From positions 7,812,001 through 7,876,000 of the forward strand of contig NC_043010.1 in the NCBI RefSeq assembly GCF_006345805.1: a stretch of DNA of 64,000 nucleotides. Direction: 5' to 3'. This DNA is from Octopus sinensis. Lineage: Eukaryota. The translations under genes and the position numbers were made by a program. Position 1 is the stretch's first letter. The number at the start of each line of letters is the position of its first letter. The notes beneath the pieces are model-generated. The model was not told the DNA's origin. It searched no databases and saw nothing but the letters and a program-made list of their open reading frames with translations. Positions 53,719 to 64,000 of this stretch are shown here, one piece after another.

Positions 53719-54944
53719 CTGAAAGATTAAAGTGGTGTAGAATGTGAAGCTTAATACATTACAACTCCTGAGAATAAAATGGTATTTTCCCCCCCTTTTA
53801 ATCTCTTGCGAGTGTAGAATCAGTGAAATGTCTAGAAACGGTTATCCTCTATTGCTTTTGAATAAAAGTTGAAAAACTAATTTGATGAATGAAAAAGCTG
53901 ACAAGAAGCTGGCAGGAATGTGATATCCTATCTAACAATCTGAACCGGATCTAAAGCTCAAATAAGGATGTGAGGTTGCAAGGTCAGATCAATGCATTTC
54001 TAATAATTTAATTATAGTCACTCGGGGAGATGAAAGAGTTTTGCAGGGAAATTATTAAATACTTATAACTGCAAATTCTTTTGATGGTAATTAAAGAATA
54101 TTAACTAATATTGATACTACTGGTTGTAAATAAGGAATATTTAGAATGATTATAGACACTATAAGGAGAAAAGGAGATATATTTATGAGAATTAATCATT
54201 GTGGTGGTGGGAGAGCGTAGAATATAATATATGCAACAGAAGTGGTTGCAATCAGTAGTGAGTACGGAATGCTTGTAATTGTCAATAATTGCATCAGAAT
54301 ATACATGAAATCATTGTAATAATGAACACTATTAGAAAAGAACATAAAATATTCAGAATAATTGAATATAATACTGCAAGTAGTTATAGAATATTTGCAA
54401 TAATTAAAGATTTTACTAGCAGTGACCTCTGCATGTTTATAAGAAACGATATAATTAGAACAAATTAAATATTTGCCATATGGATAATATTAATTAAAAA
54501 AAAAGCGTGGAATATATTTACACAGTCATGTGAAAACATATTAGTAATGCATATAATTTTCCCAGTCACTGTAAAGCATTTTCAATCAGGAAGGAAGTCT
54601 ATCAATGCTGATTATACCTCGCCAATTAATTAGTTTCTGCTTTCAGACAACTATGAAAGAAAAATAGTTTATCAGAGATTTTGTAAAGGACAACAAATAG
54701 GAACCTGGATTGGTAATTGTTTTTTAGCTTTTGTTTCCGTCCTTTTAATATATTTTTTTCTATGTAAGTCAGACAGTCCTTGGATTTTGATTATGGAAAA
54801 CTAAAATATTCCCAGTTTTCTCAGACTATTAAAATATTTATCTATTAAGATAGAAATGTTATTCAAAGAACTCAAAGATAGGCAACGCCTTGAGCCAACG
54901 AGGGAGCTTCTTGACAGAGATCATTTGCTTGATCTTTTAGAAAC

Positions 54945-55335
54945 ATCATCATCATCATCGTTTAACGTCCGTTTTCCATGCTAGCATGGGTTGAACAGTT
55001 CGACCGGGGTCTGGGAAGCCAGGAGGCTGCACCAGGTACCAGTCTGATCTGGCAGTGTTTCTACAGCTGGATGCCCTTCCTAATGCCAACCACTCCGTGA
55101 GTGTAGTGGGTGCTTTTTACATGTCACCGGCACAGGTGCCAGGCGAGGCTGGCAACGGCCATGATTGGTTGGCGCTTTTGATGTGCCACCGGCACGGAAG
55201 CCAGTCAAGGCGGCCCTGGCATCGGCCATGTTTGGATGGTGCTTTTTACATGCCACCGGCACAGGTATCACAACTACAATTTCCATTTGATTTTTTGATG
55301 TCGATGTACTTGACTCAATAGGTCTCCTCAAGCAC
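54945..55335 (-). mobile_element. RTE-tailed short retroelement (family D) with (GAT)n tail
   Basis: CATCATCGTTTAACGTCC..CAGCTGGATGCCCTTCCTAATGCCAACC; reverse-complement copy at 18222-18478; decayed copies ~20960-21120 and ~51440-51650. Confidence 0.75.
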
Positions 55336-56127
55336 AATGTGTGTATATATATATCATCATTATCATCATCATCATCATCCTTTAACGTTGATGATAATGA
55401 TGTTCATCAAATTACAAGGAACAGCACAACCTAAATATTTGGTAATTTCTTAGGGCTGTGTGGTGAAGGAGTCCACTTTGCAACTGCATTGCTTCAGGTT
55501 CAGTGCCATTCTTCAGGACCTTGGGTAAATATCTTCTCTGCAGCCTTGAGCCAACCAATGCCTTGTGAGAGAATTAGATTGATGGAAACTACACCAGGCT
55601 TAAAAAGTAAGTATTGTCGTTGCTTTGTTTGCTCACACCCTTCAAGATGGTGCTCCAGCATGGTTGCAATCCAATGATCAAAGTAAATGATGAATGATTA
55701 AGAAAAAATATTAATGGAATAACTGTGACGCCAAGCATGTTGGGGTATTCTGTGCAGCTGTCATTGTGTGGAAGAAGGACTGGGTAATGTGATTAATACA
55801 ATACTTGGAGGTGATGCTAGGAGGGTGGAGTCAATATAGGTGACAAAAAGAGGAGATATTAGTGTCCTAGGTGTGTCTGAATGTATGTGGTGCAAAAGTA
55901 ATCAGTTCTGAAAAGTAGAGTATATTGTGGTACCTGAAGAACTGGCAGTGTAGAAACATGTGTCAGTAGCCTAGATTTTTGCCGAATGTTGGTAGCATCT
56001 TCATGCCTCTCAGTCAGGTAGTTATCTTTTGGAGATATTCCGTGATATTTTTTTTTTTTGTGAGGGGAATAATTTGATAGACAGAAACTGTACTGTTTGA
56101 AAGCCTATCATATGTATGTACATAAAG

Positions 56128-56201
<74 letters not shown>

Positions 56202-56441
56202 ATATATATATATATATACAAATATATATATACATATATCTATTGATCGAAAACCTATGCCACCCCTTTTTTTGTTTCGTTTGTTTTTTGTTTTTTTTTT
56301 GTTTTTTTTTTGTTTTTTTCATCCCCAAAAGAAAAACTCTACCTTGTAACTTGTCCATCTGTGTGCAGCCCAGTGTGGCCAATAAAGAAACTTATCTATC
56401 TATCTATCTATCTATCTATATATATATATATATATAGATAG

Positions 56442-56498
<57 letters not shown>

Positions 56499-56499
56499 G

Positions 56500-56548
<49 letters not shown>

Positions 56549-57094
56549 TATAGATAGTATCTATGTTTGTTTGCATGTATGACTGTGTCTGTATCTATGT
56601 CAACCAGTGTGTTGAGTTGTGTCCATTCATAACAAAAGTATGTTACATAACAATTCAATAAAAGATATCAACAAAACAGATATCAGACTGAAATAAGCAC
56701 CAGGGATGGGTGGGGGTGGGGGTTACATGATCAACTAAAAACCCTTGAAAGACATGCCACAGTATGACTGCAGTCATACTGCAAAAACAACATAAAAGAA
56801 TAAGACACCTGTTCAATAAACATTGCATTCATGAATATTCATGAAGCTTTTTTTGGTTCTGTTGTATGGAGAAAGAGAAAGAAAACAAATCTTTTTTGGA
56901 AAGGATGTCCGTGTGTCACAGACATATTTTTTTTCATAATCTAGTACTTGTGTCTATGTCTTATGAAACAGGTGTATCCACAATTAAGTGTCTACATTCT
57001 TCTTCTTATGATATTACATCAGGCATGATGATAAACATCCTACATATTATATTAATTATGTCTTGCAAACAACTTGCACATGCAAGTGCTATCA

Positions 57095-57645
57095 GTTAAA
57101 AGCTCCGTATACCGGAAGCTAGCAAGTGTATGGGGTCATCAGGAGAGAATGCGCGCCGTTTCAGGGCCTACCTCTCGACGGCATCAATGCGCACCGGCCC
57201 CCCCTCACTGATATGAGGCCCCGCTTGCTAGATCAGCCGGTTATGAAGAACTCAATATACTTCTAGCCATCGCTCATCGTCTCTTTTTAACCAAATCCAG
57301 TGGCTAGCCTTCTCCACTGTAGATTGGATATCAGTCATGGTGGTATTGACTTTACGATGAGTTAGGCCTAGTGATAACAACAGTCGTCTCACACTGTGTC
57401 CTACAAACCCTCTACATCCGACTTCGATAGGAAAATGTTCCGCTTTCCAGCCTGTGTCTTCACATTCCTCGAGGAGGTTTACATAACGGTTCAATTTTCG
57501 AGCCCAAGCGGCGTCCATATTATCTTCATGAGGAACCGTTAGCTCGACTATATTTACAACTTTCTTTCTTTCACACCACATCAAAATATCTGGTTTTTTC
57601 GAAACTGGGATGGGAAAGAAAACCTGGCACACCCAGGTAAATCTG
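57095..57645 (-). mobile_element. HERO-like non-LTR retrotransposon 3' end (RLE domain plus GC-rich 3'UTR)
   Basis: KPDILMW..VNIVELTVPHEDN..RKLNRY..GW..PIEVGCRGF..KASHWIWLKR matches the HERO-clade C-terminal pattern; ORF stop at 57252 followed by a CpG-rich UTR. Confidence 0.85.
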
Positions 57646-58491
57646 CAGTTACCTCCCAATAGCCGTTCCACTTTTCATTACAGGGTTTTGAGTGGCTTTG
57701 TCCCATCATTTATGTCTTTCAGAGATAATAATATTTTGTGCAATTGCTACTCTTCATAAGATTACAGTAGCTGTTGTGAACTATACTCTCATTGACCCTT
57801 GATGTATAAACAGGACTAACATAGTTTATTTGGGATTCTCAGCTGAAAAAGGCTTTGAGATACCTGCACCAGCAGAACCCATAAGCAATATTTGTTCAAT
57901 AACACTGTGTAACTAATGTTTTATTTTTATTTTGTCTTTGGTCAGTTTTATTTCCTATTTGTTTCTATCTAGAAATCAAAGGGAAATGTCAATTATTCCT
58001 TTCAAACTTTGCTTTTGTGATCCAGACATCAACGTTTTGAAACTGGCCTATTTTCCATTACATTAAGACAGTTTCAGTGCTGAAGCAGAAATATTGTGAT
58101 CGTAAATATTCTGCTCAAACCACAGATTTGCTTGAGAGTTGCTTGACCTTAACCACTTAAGCATGTCCGTTAATGGCTGACATTATGTGCATCTCTGATC
58201 ATGAGTAGGAGTAGTGGAGGAGCATCATAGCCATGTATTGATAGGGATTCTTTGGGGTTCAAATAAATGTAACAAAAGCAAATCTTCAAGGAAATATTTG
58301 ACATTTTTCATAGTTTCTAGGGGTAAGCAAATAAGAAATAACAGTTGCAACCCAAGGACAAAAATCAGGTTACACAATGTGAATTATCCACATTAACAGA
58401 ATATAACTGAAAAAGAAAATTACTGGTTTTTGTCATACCGCAAACTATTAACTTTGGAGGATGACATCATTAGGTAGTTTACATCCTAAGG

Positions 58492-58703
58492 TCGAGTTTC
58501 TCAACCTTTTTTCCCTTAAATAAATTACATGTCTCAAGGAACACATGCACAAAAAAATTATATACCATATCTTTCGCATATATTTTGCGTCATAGTACAC
58601 GTGGTAAATATCATAAATATATATGTATATATATATGTACATGTATATATATAAATACATGTATATATAATATATATATACATGTATATATATATATATA
58701 TTA

Positions 58704-58736
<33 letters not shown>

Positions 58737-59232
58737 ATATACATGTATGTATGTATATATGTATATATATATATACCAAATATATACGTTTTTATTATTA
58801 TTTTGCAATTACTTAATCATCAGTATATATCGTGATTTTAATTTTAATATTTATATTATATGTAATTATCTAGACGGTGTAACTTAATTGTTCATTTTGA
58901 ATTGATAAAAGGTGTTTTTTTCTAATTTTTATATATATATATTATATTTTGTGAAATTTGATTTAGTATTTCTAAATTGAATTTTTCCCTGTAAGTTAGG
59001 AATAATATTCCCTCAATAATTATTATTATATATATGTATATATATATTTTTTGTTGTTATATTTTTTGATAACAGGTTTGATAGGATGATGTCTATATTA
59101 CAACATTACAATAACCAATAATATGTTGTGCATGTGTTATAATATCATGATCATGAAATAAGCATTAGCTTGACTCATTCTTTCTTGTGGAACACCTAGG
59201 AACCTTTTGCAGAACCCAGCTGAGAAACGCTG
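58492..59232. mobile_element. hAT (Charlie-like) MITE with internal (TA)n expansion
   Basis: Perfect 8-bp TSD TCCTAAGG at 58484-58491 and 59233-59240; degenerate TIRs TCGAGTTTCTCAACC / CAGCGTTTCTCAGCT. Confidence 0.75.
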
Positions 59233-59459
59233 TCCTAAGGCATTCCTACCAAAAAGTTACCCAGACAGCTGTGAGTAGAATGAGTTACTTGACAAATGCA
59301 GTGTTGGCTGTGTGGTTAAGAAGCTCACTTTGCAACCATGTGGCCTCGTGTTCAGTTCCACTGTGCAGAACCTTGAGCAAATGTCTTCTACTTTAGCTCC
59401 AGGTTGACCAATGCCGTGTGAGTGAATTTGGCCGGCAGAAATTGTGTGGGAGTTCATCA

Positions 59460-59597
59460 TGTGTGTGTATGCATGTGTACCTGTGGATTTATGTTTTGTG
59501 TGTATGTGTGTGTGTGTGTGAGTGAGTGTGTATGCGCATGTGTGTGTGTGTATGTGAGTGAGTGTGTGCGCACATGTGTGTGTGTATGTGTGTGTGA

Positions 59598-59638
<41 letters not shown>

Positions 59639-59760
59639 TGTGTGTGTGTGTGTATGTGAGTGAGTGTGTGCGCACATGTGTGTGTGTGTGTGTGTGTGAG
59701 TGTGTGTGTGTGTGTATGTGTGTGTGTGTGTGTGTGGTGTGAGTGTGTGTGCGCATGTAT
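59460..59760. repeat. (TG)n compound microsatellite inside a decayed family A SINE
   Basis: Direct reading. Confidence 0.9.
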
Positions 59761-59989
59761 ATATATCTTTGTGTCTGTGTTTCTCCCTTGCCACAACTTC
59801 ACAATGTTGGTTTTGTTCATACTCTTATAATGTAGCAGTTGAGCAAAAGAGATCGATAGAATAAGCACCAGACCTGAAATTTTTAAGTCTTCTTTGACTA
59901 AACTCCTTCAAGGTGATGCTCTAGCATGGCCTCAGTTCATTAACTATAGCAGGTAAAAGATAAAAGATTAAAGATTGAGATGAAATCAG

Positions 59990-60390
59990 CAGGATTGGCT
60001 GTGTGGTAAGTAGCTTGCTAACCAACCACATGGTTCCAGGTTCAGTCCCACTGTGTGGCATCTTGGGCAAGTGACTTCTGCCTCAGGCCGACCAGAGCCT
60101 TGTGAGAGGATTTGGTAGATGGAAACTGAAAGAAGCCTGTCGTATATATGTATATATATATATATATGTGTGTGTGTGTTTGTGTGTCTGTATTTGTCCC
60201 CCTAGCATTGCTTGACAACCGATGCTGGTGTGTTTACGTCCCCGTCACTTAGCGGCTCGGCAAAAGAGACCGATAGAATAAGTACTGGGCTTACAAAGAA
60301 TTAGTCCCGGGGTCGATTTGCTCGACTAAAGGCGGTGCTCCAGCATGGCCACAGTCAAATGACTGAAACAAGTAAAAGAGGTAAAAGAGG
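59990..60390 (+). mobile_element. SINE family A copy (a degenerate copy precedes it at ~59300-59970)
   Basis: Full head-to-tail match to 29560-29962. Confidence 0.85.
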
Positions 60391-60714
60391 TAAGGGTTTT
60401 ACAAAATTTTCAGAGGCCATATACAGTAAGTAGAAATGTCTTGGTTGATCCCACAATGAATGTCATCTAATCAGAATGAGATGGATGCTTTATAGGATAT
60501 CTCCCCTTTTGCGACTATGTAACAAACCGGATGATGAGTCACCTGATCGTTTTGCCTCATATTGGGTGATTCTCCTTATTGTTTGGATGCTTTGTGAAAT
60601 AGCACAACAAAGCATACATACATTTCAGGAAAAGAAAGTTTGATTTAGATGAGTAGTAGTAGTAGTAGTAGAGGTGGTGGTGGTGGTGGAGGCGGCGGCG
60701 GCGGCAGCAGCAGC

Positions 60715-60751
<37 letters not shown>

Positions 60752-60862
60752 AGAGCAGCAGTAATAGTAGAAATAGTTGTTGCTGTAGTAATAGTAGTAG
60801 TAGTAGTAGTAACAGCAGCAGTAATAGTAGTAACAGCAGCAGTAATAGTAGTAGTTGTTGCT

Positions 60863-60897
<35 letters not shown>

Positions 60898-61349
60898 TAT
60901 TTCTATAAAGGACACAAGGCCTGAAATTTTGTGGTGGGGGGGTGATTCGATTACATCAACCCCAGTGCTTAACTGGTACTTGTTTTATTGGCCCCCCCAA
61001 AAAACAATGAAAGATATTATTACCCTCGGCAGAATTTGAACTTAGTTTGTAAAACCAGATGAAACACCACTTTATTGTTCATCGTGCTAATGGTTCTGCC
61101 GGCTCACCACCTCGATAATAAAAATAATTCTCTCTACTATAGGTGCAGTGCTTGGAATTTTGTGGGAGGTGGGTAGCAGGTGGGTTGGCTGATTACATCA
61201 ATCTCAGTGCTCAACAGGTGCTTATTTTGTCAACCTTGAAAGAATGAAAGGTAAAGTTTCTAATGGTGGGATTTGAACTCAGAATATAAGGCCAGAAGAC
61301 ATGTCACTAAGCTTTTCATCCAGTGTGCTGACGATACTGCCAGCTCATC

Positions 61350-61380
<31 letters not shown>

Positions 61381-61388
61381 TAATAATA

Positions 61389-61937
61389 AATGCCCTGATG
61401 CAGTACCAGGCAGTGGCTCTCATGGCTTCTGATCTTAACTGATTGGAAGTGTTATCATGTACATTGTTTTGTCTTGGTATAAAAAGATGGGTTTTACAGT
61501 AAATATTCTGCTCAATACCACAGATTTGCTTGTCAGTTGTTTGACCGTAACCAGTTGAGCATGTCCCTTAGTGGCTGACGATATGTGCATCTCTGATGAC
61601 GAGCAGAAGTAGTGGGGGAGTATCATAGCCATGTGTTGAGAGGTTTGGATAATTCACCCTTGGAAACATGGGTGGTTCGTTCAACATCCTTAAACAACCC
61701 TTATTCAGGAACCTTTTGAGTGGGATGGCCTACTCGACCAGAAGAAAATTCTAACTAGGCCCCAACTGCAAGGTCATGTGCTGTTTATCTTGATATGAGA
61801 TCACCATGTTGTGCACATATGGTTGTGATGCATGTGCCTGGTGTACCCTTATCAGACGGGTAGTCATGATGGGTATACTGGGCTTTGTATATTTTACCCC
61901 AGTGTCACTTTGATGACATGCACTGCTCTCTCACTCA
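61389..61937. mobile_element. Family C repeat, copy 2 (opposite orientation)
   Basis: Reverse complement of 10208-10723; (TAA)n on both sides. Confidence 0.8.
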
Positions 61938-62749
61938 GTAACAATAATAATAATAATAATATCTGCACCACTTCCAAAAAGTAAAAGCTCTGAAGCTAAA
62001 AGATGCATTGAAAAGACATTAAAGACATCTGGCTTCAACAAATCTTCATTCTAATGAATGTTGTTATATATTCAAAGTGACACAAATTTTTCAGAAGACA
62101 GAAAAAGGAAAAAAAAAAGGATCTAAGAAATTCTTTAGGGATTTTTACTCTTGCGAATCTTTATTTCAGCATTTTCCAAGCTGATGGACTATTTAATTAA
62201 TAACAGAGGAGTAGGTTCTATGTTGATTAACAGAATCATGTTGATTTGTGCTATAATTACTTGCAGCAGTAATGAAAAAAAAAAAAAGGAAGTGAAAAAT
62301 ACGTTGCTAAAGAAAAGTACTTAAAATTCATTCACAGTATTTTGTATGTGTTTATTTTTTCCCCACTTGTTATCTAAGACTTTAATTAATTGATATTTAG
62401 CTACTTTCAATTGAATTATTTATTTTTTTTTAAGAAAGAAAATTACAATTTTGAAATGTCTTTTTTTTTGTTTTTTTGTTAGTTATCTTGTAAATTCAAA
62501 TCACTGTTTTCGTTATCATTACATATGATAAAAATGTAGTGATTCATCAGAACCTATAAATGGTATATTCATTTCTATACAGCCCACATTTTGTTTTTTA
62601 CATTCACTTTGGCCTTCACTGCTAAAAAATTACCTTTAATTACCAGCATTCTATGTGTGATTTTAAAATCATGGCAAAATTAATTTATGTTGCAGTCCTC
62701 ACAGAAATCTAAAAATTATTCTGACATTACAGCAGTTCAATATTCGTTT

Positions 62750-63110
62750 CAAATTCTGAGGGAAGGGGATAAGTTGATAAGATCAACCCCAGTGCTCAGC
62801 TGGTACTTATTTTATTGACCCCAAAAGGGATGAAACGTAAAGTCAACCTCAGAGAAATTTGAACTCAAAAATTAATGATAGACGAAATACCTGTTTCTTT
62901 ACAGCCCACAAGGGGCTAAACACAGAGAAGACAAACGGATTAAGTCGATTATATCGACCCCAGTGCGTAACTGGTACTTAATTTATCGAGCCCGAAAGGA
63001 TGAAAGGCAAAGTCGACCTTGGCAGAATTTGAACTCAGAACGTAATGGCAGACGGAATGCCACAAAGCATTTTGCCTGGCACGCTAATGATTCTACCAGC
63101 TCACCTCCAC
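62750..63110 (-). mobile_element. Tandem family B SINEs
   Basis: Degenerate copy followed by a near-consensus copy. Confidence 0.8.
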
Positions 63111-63379
63111 TACAACAGTTCAATATTGAGTACATTATGCTTTTTAGTACCACGGTAACACACATTAACAAAGTGAAGGTAAATCTAAAAATTACAGGTA
63201 AGAATCAAGAATTTCGTTCCTGTGAAGAATAAAGAAAAGGCTAACTTTTGTTCCCATTTCCTTTTACCTGATCTTATTAACATTATATAAAAAAAAAAAA
63301 CTCTTGTGTTTATCATTACAGTTTTGTCAATTCAGAATTTCCCCATTTTACTCAATACTAGAATGTACTGTTTATATGT

Positions 63380-63765
63380 TGAGGCGCAATGGCCCAGTGG
63401 TTAGGGCAGTGGACTCGTGGTCATAGGATCGCGGTTTTGATTCCCAGACCGGGCGTTGTGAGTGTTTATTGAGCGAAAACACCTAAAGCTCCACGAGGCT
63501 CCGGCAGCGGATGGTGGTGATCCCTGCTGTACTCTTTCCCCACAACTCTCTCTCACTCTTACTTCCTGTTTCTGTTGTACCTGTATTTCAAAGGGCCAGC
63601 CTTGTCACTCTCTGTGTCACGCTGAATATCCCCGAGAACTACGTTAAGGGTACACGTGTCTGTGGAGTGCTCAGCCACTTACACGTTAATTTCACAAGCA
63701 GGCTGTTCCGTTGATCGGATCAACCGGAACCCTCGTCGTCGGAACCGACGGAGTGCTTCCATCCA
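63380..63765 (+). mobile_element. tRNA-Arg-like SINE (family E; resembles Octopus OR-type SINEs)
   Basis: GAGGCGCAATGGCCCAGTGGTTAGGGCAGTGGACTCG..GGTTTTGATTCCC head with A and B boxes; related copies at 5016-5325(+), 30552-30880(-), 46070-46335(-), 47533-47835(+); tail shared with 19545-19860. Confidence 0.8.
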
Positions 63766-64000
63766 CTGTTTATATAGGTTAGTATTAGCAATAACTCATC
63801 AAAGAATAGTCATTAGTTAAAACCTCATTGCAATTTTCAGCAAAGGAAATAATTCAAGAAAATATTTTGCTAATGTATTCATTCATTGATAAGCAACATA
63901 ACCAATATACATGTCATTATTATGTTTATAATATTTGAGTATCAACATAAAAATGTATGCCAAAGCTAGATTTGCTTAGAACAGCATTCCATTGATTCAG

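Noticed and set aside
53900-54480. Hydrophobic minus-strand frame suggesting a NUMT
   Set aside because: No recognisable mitochondrial gene motif even under the invertebrate mitochondrial code.
63380-63460. tRNA-like A/B boxes (also in the family A and B heads)
   Set aside because: They are SINE heads fused to repeat bodies, with no intact cloverleaf or terminator.

Overview
Eukaryotic, AT-rich, microsatellite- and SINE-saturated genomic DNA. It is almost certainly from a coleoid cephalopod (Octopus-like), inferred from the protocadherin type and the repeat landscape. The only intact long coding sequence is a protocadherin large exon on the minus strand (24912-22495). It encodes a signal peptide, 6 cadherin repeats, a TM helix and a juxtamembrane tail, and ends at a phase-0 GTAAGT donor or reads through to a stop 3 codons later. 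Reading by hand also shows a splice-acceptor-bounded terminal coding exon (53718-53447, minus; ...KSLPRTP...WELPTRNSFNFSKPLPALP...). It is probably the cytoplasmic C-terminus of a second, upstream protocadherin whose main exon lies beyond the right edge, which suggests a head-to-tail Pcdh array. A candidate CCAAT promoter and non-coding first exon for the intact gene lies at about 34.3-34.5 kb, and a similar module lies at about 11.85-11.95 kb. No downstream cytoplasmic exons for the intact gene were recognised in the remaining 22.5 kb. The rest is decayed or non-autonomous transposable elements (mariner, R4/Dong-like and HERO-like RLE LINE 3' ends, Penelope-like and RTE-like ends, Helitron/Helentron-type elements, two MITEs with 8-bp TSDs, several tRNA-derived SINE families) and simple repeats. 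The most interesting leads concern Pcdh regulation: a hairpin with a U1-mimicking ACUUAC that can sequester the exon's donor, a possible variable-exon/shared-constant-exon layout, and several splice-site-defined antisense mini-exons including an AG|GT recursive-type site. All splice and regulatory calls come from motif reading only and need RNA data. Many repeat boundaries are approximate.
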